From Octopus vulgaris (lineage: Eukaryota), in contig OX597830.1 of the NCBI GenBank assembly GCA_951406725.2, positions 11,222,001-11,286,000 of the forward strand: 64,000 nt of DNA, in the 5' to 3' direction. Positions 37,669 through 49,545 of this stretch are shown here, one piece after another. Below the pieces are notes generated by a model. The model ran no database searches, was not told the origin of the DNA, and worked only from the letters and a program-made list of their open reading frames with translations. Numbering within the stretch: the stretch's first letter is position 1; every line of letters begins with the position of its first letter. The position numbers were made by a program, and so were the translations under genes.

Positions 37669-38580
37669 GTATTGCTGCATGGCAGCGGAGTTGTTATTAT
37701 TGCTGCTGTCTTAAGCAGGTAAGGGCTTAGCAAGTAGCATAACTAGTAACAAGGGTTGCGTATTTGGATGGCTGTTGGCCTTTCAGAGTTCATCCATTGA
37801 CAGGTCTTGAATCCTCCTCACAAAGCAAGCTGTGTGGAGTTGCCAGTTTAGTGGTCGGTGACCTGGCACCGGTAAAAAGAAAACAAAAGACAAAAAAATG
37901 GGTGATGTCCGTGAGTACAGAGAGGAAACACAATGGACTTTAACAGGAGTTTTAGTTGTAGAAGCTGTGAGGGTAGCATGGTAGTTAATTGCTGCTTGTT
38001 ATTAGGGTGGTTATTTTATTTTGTCTTTGGCTGTTGTCTAAGTAAAAAAAAAACCTTGCAGCAAACGGCTATTTAAATTATTGATAACTGGTGGTGGTGT
38101 GAAGGGTCACAAGTAGAATGGAAGCAAGCTGGAAGATATAGGTATCTAGGTAGTGGATTAGAGAAATAAAGAAAACAGCATGTATTCTTCAAAAGAAAGT
38201 CATGCCAAGACAGCAAGAAGAAGCTTTCGTTGTATATGCATATAACAATACATTGCTATGTTAGAAACAGAATCAATCTAGCAGAGAAAAAAGATTATTC
38301 TTATTGTTGAAAGTTTAACCCATTCGTTACTAAGCCGGCCAAAACCAGCTCTGGCTCTGTGGTAAAATGTCTTGTTTTCATAAGTTTTGAATTAAAATCT
38401 TCCACCAAGCCTTAGTCACAATCTATGTTCCTAACACTAGCTTAATGATAACTAAGTTATTTTACTAAATTCTTTCTTATATCTAAAGTTAATTGAAAGA
38501 AACACAGAATTATATGGCACTGAATTATATTTGATTTCCCCAATACAATCATTACCCATCTTATTAACTTTCTTTTGCAG

Positions 38581-38742
38581 ATTGTGGCGCATATCAGTTA
38601 GTTACAACTTCAGGTCATTTCCACTTTCAAACTATTTATGATATTTATTATGACTGTGTATGGGTTTTGGTATCTAAACCAAGGCAAAATTTCTTCGGGC
38701 AAATTTACTTCAGTTTGTTTGTAAATGCTTCACTTTCCAAAG
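38581..38742 (+). CDS. CUB-LDLa gene exon 7 (CUB2 N-half: NCGAYQLVTTSGHFHFQTIYDIYYDCVWVLVSKP..QIYFSLF)
   Basis: TTCTTTTGCAG acceptor, AAG|GTAAGT donor, phase 1/1; CG...SG.F....DCVW.L CUB signature. Confidence 0.9.
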
Positions 38743-39055
38743 GTAAGTAAAATAAAACGACCAGCTAACCATTATCAGAGAGCTGTTTCTTATTTTCACA
38801 TTATTTGTAGTTTTATTATTTGTAATTAAAATAGGAGATTGCAGTTGATGGGGGGGGGCATACTGGGGCACCATCTTGAAAGGTTTTTACTTGTACAAAT
38901 CAACTCCAGGATTTATTTGTTTTAAAGCCTAGTATTTATTTTATTGGTCTCTTTGCTGAACCACTAAGTTATAGGGACATAAACACACCAACACCAATTG
39001 CTCTTTAGTGGGTTGGGACGCACTCTTACACATTTCAATAAGTTGAGATTAAACT

Positions 39056-39646
39056 TGTAGCGGTATCTGATATCCTCACTGTTCGAGAGACGCAACAGGA
39101 ATGATCTCGTTTGAGATTACAGCCATCTTTGGCTGGGTTGTTTCCTGTTGTATCCACTGATCTGATTGGTTGACATGTGACGCAGTTCGTCTCTACTTAT
39201 TTTGCGCCACTGTCCAAAGCCAATCAATCACGGCCTTTGGTTAAGGTCTCGTGACACCCTTTTTCCTAGGCTGTCGTGGCTGAAGCAGGAGCATGGCTGG
39301 TCATCTGTCGCTGGAACTGGAACATGTTGAGTAGCTCTGTGGTCAGTGACTAGACCTCAAAAGGTCTGGAGTCGAAAGACCAAGTATAATGAGAGCAATC
39401 CCTTATATACAGGAGAGGTGACTCAACAGAGCCTGGGAAAAAGGGTGTCACGAGACCGTAACCAAAGGGCGTGATTGGTTGGCTTTGGACAGTGACATGA
39501 AATAAGTAGAGATGAACTGCGCCACATGTCAACCAATCAGATCAGTGGACACAACAGGAAACAACCCAGCCAAAGATGGCTGTAATCTCAAACGAGATCA
39601 TTCCTGCCGTGTCTCTCAAGCAGTGAGGATATCAGATACTGCTACA
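39056..39646. mobile_element. Foldback element/MITE with ~215-bp TIRs (TGTAG...CTACA)
   Basis: 39056-39272 is the reverse complement of 39429-39646 with scattered transitions. Confidence 0.9.
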
Positions 39647-40680
39647 GACCCATACAGAGATGAAAAGAAAATATCATTGAAGAATAGGAGGTATCAGGGG
39701 AGTGCACATGAAGGTAATGTTCATGAAGAATGTGGAACTGAGAAGGGGTGGATGTGTGTGCACGTGTGTGTATGTATGTGCGTATAAGAGTACATACAAA
39801 AGTGAGGGACGTGCGAAAGGAAAGGCGGTATCAGTCACCAGCTAAAATATCTCTGATGGGTCAGAGTGAGATAGAGGTAAAAGATGTCAATAGATTGATA
39901 TAAAGTGGGCTGTGTGCATTGATGTGCAGTAAATTTCTATTGGTTCAAACTTTCAAGAGAATATTTAGTAGCTAAATGAATATCAAATTCATGAACGTGA
40001 CCATCATTTAGTGGGATATAATCCAAAAAACTGGCTGCCGAACAAACTATAACCAAGAATATTGCGAATGAGACATTGATGACGATGCTCTGTGGCACAT
40101 TTCAATAAATGTGATCTTGCAAATATAAGGAGAAACGTTTCTTCCTCGCTTCTCTTGTGTCTTTCCTCAGTGGCAAAAATTAGTTACGTCTTTTACTTAA
40201 TTTTGTTCCATCTTTTTCTTACCATCATTTCTTTTTCTTTTGCTTATAATTGCTACCTTTTCTCTCTTCCACCAATCTCTACATCATTTCACTTTTATGA
40301 CAATTTTCTATTCTTCATTCTTTCATTTTGCAACCTTTCTTTCATCTTTCTTATATTGTCTTCTAGGTCAGACATCTTCACACTTTATTGCCATCATCCT
40401 TATTCTCTTCTTTACCACTTATTCTCCACTTATTCTTATTCTTCACTCCTTTCTTCATCTTTTCTTTCTCATATTTTCTCTTACTGCATCATTTCGTCTA
40501 CTAGTCACTTTCCTTTCATTTTCTGGAGAAAGCCTTGCCTGAAATGTCCCAGTTCTCTTCAGATTTATGTTGATTCACTTGGAGTTTCATTTTGTAAAAT
40601 ATTAATTTACTTCACTGAAAATTAGATATATATATTTACGAAGTCGGGACAGACATCTGCAGCTAGCAGGCTTTTGCTAC

Positions 40681-40727
40681 TCTGGACCGATGAAGGACAA
40701 TGATCCTGAAACATGCGTGTCTCTAGA
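40681..40727 (+). ncRNA. Type I hammerhead ribozyme-like motif inside a long hairpin
   Basis: TCTGGA-CCGATGA-AGGA[CAATGA]TCCT-GAAA-CA[TGCG]TGTC-TCTAGA; all three stems pair; GUC triplet at 40719-40721; core has U4C. Confidence 0.7.
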
Positions 40728-41082
40728 TGCAAGCCTGGCTGCTGGGGGTATTTGTCTCCCCTTCGTAAATATATAAGGACACAGGAAAAAAAATGTGTCG
40801 AAGCCATCAGGAGGCGTCGATGCTTCCTAGGGCTAAACAGTGGTGGTGTAATCCCCTACTGTCACGTTAAATTGACAGTATACAACTATTATATCGCCCC
40901 ACCGCCGTACATATCTCTATGAGATATTTAGAAATTTAATAATTTCTAATTTACTTTGAAGTAAACTCTGAAAGAAGAGAAGCGGAAGTAAAAAATAAGT
41001 ATTACTGATAGTCATTATGTGTAACTAAATTCCAAATATTTTGTTTCGGCTAACCAAATATGTTGTTTTTTTATATCTTCAG

Positions 41083-41247
41083 GCAGTCATGTGGACATTC
41101 ACTGTGGAAATACATCTGAAGGGCAGAAATTGGACCTTTTAAAAAATTCTAAATATTACTATTACACTAATTTATCTGCTGCTTACATTCGACTGCAAGG
41201 TTTGGTTCGCGACCAAGACAGATTAAATATATTATTCATGGTCCAAA
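41083..41247 (+). CDS. CUB-LDLa gene exon 8 (CUB2 C-half: GSHVDIHCGNTSEGQKL..AYIRLQGLVRDQDRLNILFMVQ)
   Basis: TCTTCAG acceptor, GTATGT donor, phase 1/1, open frame. Confidence 0.87.
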
Positions 41248-41279
41248 GTATGTAACAATTTGTTTCTACTGTATACATA

Positions 41280-41659
41280 CACTACCGTCAGAAATTAATT
41301 AGCACCCTTGATTTGCTCTTCACTCAAGGTATGTGCTGTCACCTAGTGGCCATATCTCGAACTATTGCTTTGTTGCGAGTTCACTGTTGCGCAGAACGAT
41401 GACGTAACTTTGTTTGCAGAGCAGTTTGAGAGTCTACAGCCTTATGATGTTGACATAGCAGTGCAACAACAACTTGGAGTGCGGATGCAGACAAATCTTC
41501 CTTTGTTTAATAGATATAGGTAGCGCCTCGCAAGGACCGAAATCACACCATACTAAGTTTTCTCATCGCGTAAGACGTTTTGAACAGCTCATAGGTTAAT
41601 TGATTTAACCTATTTAATGTAGAAATTTGAGAAGTGCTAATTAATTTCTGACGCAAGTG
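41280..41659. mobile_element. 380-bp MITE, TA TSD (Tc1/mariner-type)
   Basis: TIR CACTACCGTCAGAAATTAATTAGCAC / GTGCTAATTAATTTCTGACGCAAGTG; near-identical copy at 60745-61124. Confidence 0.92.
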
Positions 41660-41740
41660 TATATACATACACACATATATACATACACACACATATATAT
41701 ATACACACATATATATATATACACACATGTGCACGTGCAT

Positions 41741-41771
<31 letters not shown>

Positions 41772-41955
41772 TAATGTGTACTTCTGTGCATGTGTTTTTA
41801 CCAAAAAGTTTTTAAAAAGGAGCGCAGACCATTTCAAAATACAAAAAAATATGTATTCATGCATATTTTCTATACTAATAAATTCAAATTACTGTCTATG
41901 TGAACTCATCAATAACCTATCAAAAAAATTGAACCTCTCTCCAACAATATCAAAT

Positions 41956-42356
41956 CATCATCATCATCATCGTTTAACGTCCGCTTTCCATGCTAGCATG
42001 GGTTGGACGGTTCGACCGGGGGTCTGGGAAGCCAGAAGGCTACACCAGGCTCCAGTCTTATCTGGCAGTGTTTCTACAGCTGGATGCCCTTCCTAACGCC
42101 AACCACTCCGTGAGTGTAGTGGGTGCTTTTTACGTGCCACCTGCACAGGTGCCAGACGAGGCTGGCAGACGGCCACGCTCGGATGGTGTTTTTTATGTGC
42201 GACCGACACGGAAGCCAGACGAGGCGGAGCTGGCATCGGCCACGAGTCGGATAGTGCTTTTTACGCCACGAGTCGGATAGTGCTTTTTACGTACCACCAG
42301 ACCAGGGATCCTGGCTGCTTCAATTCGATTTCGATTTCGCTTGCCCCAACATGTCC
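41956..42356 (-). mobile_element. RTE 3'-end repeat (family C) with 49-bp flanking duplication
   Basis: (CAT)n start; flanks 41907-41955 = 42393-42441. Confidence 0.9.
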
Positions 42357-42626
42357 CATCAATAACCTATCAATAACCTATCAAAATAACCCCATCAATA
42401 ACCTATCAAAAAAATTGAACCTCTCTCCAACAATATCAAATAAGTTTTGATTATTAGAAGAGGTTTAAATTGTTGGAGGTGACCTTCGTACACCACTACA
42501 AAGATCACCCCCCCCCCCCAACAATTTAAACCTCCTTTAATGCAAGCAGGAATAAAGTTAAGGAATGTCACAACCCATTCATACTTACAATCCCCTCAAC
42601 AATATCTTCCATTTCAAACTCTTTAA

Positions 42627-42846
42627 CCCTTTAGCGTTCATATTAATTTGTCAAAAATAATCCTTATTTATTCACATTTAAAAAAATTTATCTGATTTTA
42701 TTTTGTACCTTCAAGATTCGAAAGATGTAATTGCTTATCTTTAGAATGACATTGCAGGGTAGGTGTGAGATGCATGTTCTGGCCAGTTTGAGCATAAAAT
42801 GTGTAGAATATTTGGGCCGGATACAGCTGGTTTAAACACTAAAGGG
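42627..42846. mobile_element. piggyBac-like MITE, second family
   Basis: TTAA|CCCTTTAG...CTAAAGGG|TTAA; decayed relative near 17138-17430. Confidence 0.8.
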
Positions 42847-43497
42847 TTAAATTAGTTTTCAAAGACACTTACCATACCACTCGCTCCCTTATACATAAAC
42901 TTCAAACAAATATTCTACTCAACTGTCATGAACAACCAAACCCAGGGTAAAACTCTGAGAAGACATCAACTTTTTATGTAAAAACCATGCCCATCCACGC
43001 TGACCAACATATTGAGTTCTATATTAGATAAAGTTTACTCTGTATAATAGGGGAGGGGAAATCCCCACCCACAGGTGCAATTGTGTCCGTGAGCACATTC
43101 CATTGTACCCCACAGGCCGATATACTTGTATGTACAAAATACAATAAATTTTTCAGTGATAAACTTTATACAATATTCTTCTGCTTATTTGTGACATAGG
43201 TCATGTTTCCCTAACCCTAACCCTAAGACAAGAAGCCCTCAACTAAGAGAGGAAGTGGAATTGAGAGATTAGATTACTTCAGTAGGGCAAGGAAGGAGAG
43301 GAAGCATGGAGAGAGTTAGAGAGACATTTGAAGTGAGAGGGAGAGAGATATCCTGCCCACAGGGAACAGTGGGAATAGAATAACTGGTAGAGAGGGGATA
43401 GAGAGGGTATGTTCTATAGGAAATGTTTAGAAATGGCAGTGATAGCAAGTGAAGTTGAGAGGAAATGGAAGTAGCTGGGAGTAAGATTTGATAGATA

Positions 43498-43731
43498 TTT
43501 ATTTCTTTATTGCCCACAAGAGGCTAAACATAGAGGGGACAAACAAGGACAGACAAATGGATTAAGTCGATTATATCGACCCCAGTGCGAAACTGGTACT
43601 TTATTTATCAACCCCGAAAGGATGAAAGGCAAAGTCAACTTCGGCGGAATTTGAACTCAGAACATAACGACAGACGAAATACAGCTAAGCATTTCACCCA
43701 GCGCGCTAACGATTCTGCCAGCTCGCCACCT
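43498..43731 (-). mobile_element. SINE family D (antisense)
   Basis: Reverse complement of family D; TTTGATAGATAT duplicated on the flanks. Confidence 0.88.
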
Positions 43732-43899
43732 TTTTGATAGATATGTGAGGGCATAGAGAGTGTACAGATAAGCACACGAGGGAGAGTGGAAGGGGCCTCC
43801 AATGGGTAATGGCTGTGTTGGGGAGATGAATTGTGAAGGCGTCTGACTGGACAGAATTATGTGTTTCTGGGGACGGATGGGGGGGGGGCGGGTCTTGGG

Positions 43900-44770
43900 T
43901 GTAAAGGATGTGCCCCTATGTGTGGCTAGCCATGATTTTTTCAGCTTGATGTATCTTTTTAAGCGCAGCGAATTGCCAGAAGTCCTGGTCTCTTCTTATC
44001 CCTTCTGTGAGGCTCAATATGTGAAGATCCTCCATCATGACTTTGTCCTATGTCTTCCTGGATTCGCCCCTTCCACAGGTTCCATTTTCACAATTAGAGA
44101 TTGGCACTTCTTTATGCAGCTGCCCTCATCTACACACATCATAGTACACCACTACATCTGATGCCTCTTATACCTAATTTTTCTCTTAAATCGTTTACAC
44201 CCTGCTCTACATGCACACTAAATATTACCCATCCAATGGAGAATGCTGGCTTAAATTTTTTCAAGCCTTCACTTATCATCAGCCCATGTTCCATTGCTAT
44301 GTAGTATAGTTGTTCATACACAGGCATCATACAATCTGCCTTTCACTCTCAGGGGGAGGCCTATGTTACCAACAAAAGTAGTAGCTCTCTGAACTTTGCC
44401 CACCTACAAGCAACTATGTTTTCAGAGCTTCCTCCTCCACTGCTAACTCGGTCACCTAGGTAATGGAAGCTATAAGGCGGCGAGCTGGCAGAAACGTTAA
44501 CGTGCCGGGCGAAATGCTTAGCGGTATTTCGTCTGGCGCAACGTTGTGAGTTCAAATTCTGCTGAGGTCGACTTTGCCTTTCATCCTTTTGGGGTCGATA
44601 AATTAAGTACCAGTTATGCACTGGGGTCGATGTAATCAACTTAATACCTATGTCTGTCCTTGTTTGTCCCCTCTGTGTTTAGCCCCTTGTGAGTAATAAA
44701 GAAATAGGTAATGGAAGCTATCTACTGCTTCAAAGACCCCCAACACCTGGATATGTGGAGAAGTCTATTT
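43900..44770 (-). mobile_element. Old RTE 3' remnant interrupted by a family D SINE (44476-44707, +)
   Basis: LREKLGIRGIRC and FHYLGDRVSSGGG..WAKFRELL peptides; SINE flanked by a TAGGTAATGGAAGCTAT TSD. Confidence 0.8.
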
Positions 44771-44925
44771 TCTGTACATTATTTGTGTGTGTGTGTGTGT
44801 ATGCACACATCTATAAATACACATATCCAAACAAATCTAAAATAGAGATGTAGTGGATCAACTGACCAGTTTATGATACCAACTGTTTTAATTATTGTAT
44901 TGTTTTTCAATTGTCCTCTTCCCAG

Positions 44926-45051
44926 GAAACCAGTGTGCCTTGAACACATTTCGCTGTATGAATGGTGATTGTATTCCAAAGAACATGAGGTGCAACAGGC
45001 GCGTTGATTGCTCTGATTACTCTGATGAAGACGGCTGTTCACATTTTGAAG
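44926..45051 (+). CDS. CUB-LDLa gene exon 9 (LDL-receptor class A repeat: [35 protein letters not shown])
   Basis: Six Cys with F.C..G.CI and DC.D.SDE..C signature; CCCAG acceptor, GTGAGT donor, phase 1/1. Confidence 0.95.
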
Positions 45052-45372
45052 GTGAGTTTTAACTTTAAATATGTTAAATAAGCTTTAAATGTAGGGTTGG
45101 ACTACTCAAGAGTGTATTACAATTGAACTCAACTTTAGATTAATTGACATAAGCAAACACAATATTAAATATGGGATTTATCTGACTGATGTTATGGCTT
45201 TGAAGAAAGTCCTCTCAGTTGGTTTGATGGAATATAGGCAGTCCTTGAGTTTCTGGCAAGTTCCATTCTTGTATCTATCTGTAAGTCAGAACAGTTACAT
45301 ATGGTTTGTATCTAGCATCAGTTAGTAGAAAGTATAAATTTTCCATTAAAGCATTATCATAATACATCATCA

Positions 45373-48226
45373 AATCAAATCAATCAAAAGCAAAATCAAA
45401 ATCATATTCGATGACTGGCTTCCATGCTAGCAGGGTGCAAAGAGCACCATACGAGGGTGATCGTTGACAGAGTGGCTAACCAGCTTCCGTGCCAGTGGCA
45501 TTTAAAGGTCACCATTCGAGCGTGATCATTACCAGCATCACCTTACTGGCACTTGTGCCCTTGCTAGCAGGGTGCAAAGAGCACCATACGAGGGTGATCA
45601 TTGACAGAGCGGCTAACCAGCTTCCGTGCCAGTGGCATTTAAAGGTCACCATTCGAGCGTGATCATTACCAGCATCACCTTACTGGCACTTGTGCCCTTG
45701 CTAGCAGGGTGCAAAGAGCACCATACGAGGGTGATCGTTGACAGAGTGGCTAACCAGCTTCCGTGCCAGTGGCATTTAAAGGTCACCATTCGAGCGTGAT
45801 CATTACCAGCATCACCTTACTGGCACTTGTGCCCTTGCTAGCAGGGTGCAAAGAGCACCATACGAGGGTGATCGTTGACAGAGCGGCTAACCGGCTTCCA
45901 TGCCAGTGGCATTTAAAGGTCACCATTCGAGTGTGATCATTACCTCACTGGCACTTGTGCCCTTGCTAGCAGGGTGCAAAGAGCACCATACGAGGGTGAT
46001 CGTTGACAGAGCGGCTAACCGGCTTCCATGCCAGTGGCATTTAAAGGTCACCATTCGAGCGTGATCATTACCTCACTGGCACTTGTGCCCTTGCTAGCAG
46101 GGTGCAAAGAGCACCATACGAGGGTGATCGTTGACAGAGCGGCTAACCGGCTTCCATGCCAGTGGCATTTAAAGGTCACCATTCGAGTGTGATCATTACC
46201 AGCATCACCTTACTGGCACTTGTGCCCTTGCTAGCAGGGTGCAAAGAGCACCATACGAGGGTGATCGTTGACAGAGTGGCTAACCAGCTTCCGTGCCAGT
46301 GGCATTTAAAGGTCACCATTCGAGCGTGATCATTACCAGCATCACCTTACTGGCACTTGTGCCCTTGCTAGCAGGGTGCAAAGAGCACCATACGAGGGTG
46401 ATCGTTGACAGAGTGGCTAACCAGCTTCCGTGCCAGTGGCATTTAAAGGTCACCATTCGAGCGTGATCATTACCAGCATCACCTTACTGGCACTTGTGCC
46501 CTTGCTAGCAGGGTGCAAAGAGCACCATACGAGGGTGATCGTTGACAGAGCGGCTAACCAGCTTCCATGCCAGTGGCATTTAAAGGTCACCATTCGAGCG
46601 TGATCATTACCAGCATCACCTTACTGGCACTTGTGCCCTTGCTAGCAGGGTGCAAAGAGCACCATACGAGGGTGATCGTTGACAGAGTGGCTAACCAGCT
46701 TCCGTGCCAGTGGCATTTAAAGGTCACCATTCGAGCGTGATCATTACCAGCATCACCTTACTGGCACTTGTGCCCTTGCTAGCAGGGTGCAAAGAGCACC
46801 ATACGAGGGTGATCGTTGACAGAGCGGCTAACCGGCTTCCATGCCAGTGGCATTTAAAGGTCATCATTCGAGTGTGATCATTACCTCACTGGCACTTGTG
46901 CCCTTGCTAGCAGGGTGCAAAGAGCACCATACGAGGGTGATCGTTGACAGAGCGGCTAACCGGCTTCCATGCCAGTGGCATTTAAAGGTCACCATTCGAG
47001 CGTGATCATTACCTCACTGGCACTTGTGCCCTTGCTAGCAGGGTGCAAAGAGCACCATACGAGGGTGATCGTTGACAGAGCGGCTAACCGGCTTCCATGC
47101 CAGTGGCATTTAAAGGTCACCATTCGAGTGTGATCATTACCAGCATCACCTTACTGGCACTTGTGCCCTTGCTAGCAGGGTGCAAAGAGCACCATACGAG
47201 GGTGATCATTGACAGAGCGGCTAACCAGCTTCCATGCCAGTGGCATTTAAAGGGCACCATTCGAGCGTGATCATTACCTCACTGGCACTTGTGCCCTTGC
47301 TAGCAGGGTGCAAAGAGCACCATACGAGGGTGATCATTGACAGAGCGGCTGACCAGCTTCCGTGCCAGTGGCATTTAAAGGTCACCATTCGAGCGTGATC
47401 ATTACCAGCATCACCTTACTGGCACTTGTTCCCTTGCTAGCAGGGTGCAAAGAGCACCATACGAGGGTGATCGTTGACAGAGCGGCTAACCAGCTTCCAT
47501 GCCAGTGGCATTTAAAGGTCACCATTCGAGCGTGATCATTACCAGCATCACCTTACTGGCACTTGTGCCCTTGCTAGCAGGGTGCAAAGAGCACCATACG
47601 AGGGTGATTGTTGACAGAGCGGCTAACCAGCTTCCGTGCCAGTGGCATTTAAAGGGCACCATTCGAGCGTGATCATTACCTCACTGGCACTTGTGCCCTT
47701 GCTAGCAGGGTGCAAAGAGCACCATACGAGGGTGATCGTTGACAGAGCGGCTAACCGGCTTCCATGCCAGTGGCATTTAAAGGGCACCATTTGAGTGTGA
47801 TCATTACCAGCATCACCTTACTGGCACTTGTGCCCGTGCTAGTAGGGTGCCAAGAGCACCATCCGAGTGTGATCATTGCCAGAGCAGCCAACTGGCTTCC
47901 GTGCCGGTGACACATAAAAGGGCACCATTCGAGCGTGATCGTTACCAAAGTCGCCTTACTGGCACCTGTGCTGGTGGCATGTGTAAAAGGATTCGAGCGA
48001 GGCCGTTGCCAGTACCGCCTGACTGGCCCCCGTGCAGGTGGCATGTAAAAAGCACCCACTACACTCTCAGAGTGGTTGGCGTTAGGAAGGGCATCCAGCT
48101 GTAGAAACTCTGCCAAATCAAAATTGGAGCCTGGTGCAGCCATGTGGCTCACCAGCCCTCAGTCAAAATCGTCCAACCCATGCTAGCATGGAAAGCGGAC
48201 GTTAAACGATGATGATGATCATCATC
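45373..48226 (+). mobile_element. Family C (RTE 3') element carrying a 2.4-kb internal tandem expansion
   Basis: Normal family C 3' end at ~47950-48220; ATCATAATACATCATCA duplicated on both sides. Confidence 0.85.
45426..47837. repeat. 137/128-bp tandem array, 18 units
   Basis: GCTAGCAGGGTGCAAAGAGCACC starts at 45426, 45563, 45700, 45837, 45965...47701. Confidence 0.97.
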
Positions 48227-48854
48227 ATCATAATACATCATCAGCAACTACAAATTGAGCAGGAATAGAGAAAACCTCATCGTCATCATTAGGAAACAAT
48301 GAAAGATGAACATTGCTGTGTAGAAGAAATAGAGGAAATTGAAGTAGAAACAGCAGGAAGCTCAATATATCGTCAGGAGACAAATAATAGTCAAGATGCA
48401 GTAGAACACAACAGCAACAATAATAAATGCCGGTGCAATACCATTCTTTCACTGACTAAACCAGCAACCTTACCAAGTGCTGGCCTGGTAAGGAGGCTCA
48501 CTGCACACCTTCTTCACGTAGACCCACTGAAGCTACCTATTATTCTTAATGTGTCTTATCACTCAGACCTTACTCTAGACATTTTGCTTGTCCTTCCTGA
48601 AGATTGCAACCCTCTGGAAGTCACTTGCTGCAGATATATTTTCTACCGATTTCAACCTACAAACGTTCAGTTTGAACATTAATCGCATCAATCTCACTTG
48701 TTGCTCAGAGGAACTGATGCTGTTAAGTACACTGTCTCTTCTCCTTTTGTTGACTTGTTTTAAAAAGCCCTTGAGCACCTGCAAAGTAAATTTATGTAAC
48801 ACCTTAGGGTTGTCTAAAGGCAAATTTATTACTACTGAAAATATATTAATAAAA

Positions 48855-49295
48855 CATCATCATCATCATCATCATTTAACGTCCGCTTTCCATGCTAGCA
48901 TGGGTTGGACGGTTCAACTGGGGTCTGTGAAGCCAGAAGGCTGCACCAGGCCCAGTCTGATCTGGCAGTGTTTCTACAGCTGGATGCCCTTCCTAATGCC
49001 AACCACTCCGTGAGTGTAGTGGGTGCTTTTTACGTGCCACCCGCACAGGTGCCAGACGGGGCTGGCAAATGGCCCCAGACGGATGGTGCTTTTTACGTGC
49101 TACCGGCACGGGGGCCAGTCGGGGTGGCGCTGGCAACGGACACGGTCGGGTGGTGCTTTTTATGTGCCACCAGCACGGAGGCCAGTCGGGGCAGCGCTGG
49201 CAACGGACACGGTCGGGTGGTGCTTTTTACATGCCACCGGCACGGGGGCCAGGCAAGGCTGGCAACGGCCACGATCGGATGGTGCTTTTTATGTG
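48855..49295 (-). mobile_element. RTE 3'-end repeat (family C) with ~63-bp internal repeats
   Basis: (CAT)n start; repeated GGTGCTTTTTA(C/T)GTGCC units. Confidence 0.88.
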
Positions 49296-49545
49296 CATGT
49301 AGATGGAAACATTAAACAATCTTCTTATGCATTACTATCTTTTACTGATCATATTTCTAAGAAGAATTTGTGCATTTTAATTGATTTTCAAAATCATGAA
49401 GAAAATTGCTGAAACTAATTTTATATTGGTATATTATAAATTTATGTTGAAACATTGATTGTTCTTCAATAGAACCATGGTTAAAATTAGATGAGTTAAT
49501 TACTAAAGCATTAACAACTGATTCTTTTTTTTTTTTCTTTTTCAG

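Noticed and set aside
40092-40625. 177-aa hydrophobic ORF
   Set aside because: Pyrimidine-rich low-complexity intronic sequence; no domain, and not needed for exon phase continuity.
43209-43227. (CCCTAA)3 as an interstitial telomere
   Set aside because: Only three units; similar motifs occur inside the MITE at ~10885.
45022-45050. CTGATGA core inside the LDLa exon
   Set aside because: Explained by Ser-Asp-Glu codons; no stems or GAAA.
45426-47837. Possible CRISPR-like or ribozyme-bearing (retrozyme) tandem array
   Set aside because: No variable spacers, and I found no CTGANGA...GAAA arrangement in the unit; it derives from retroposon subrepeats.
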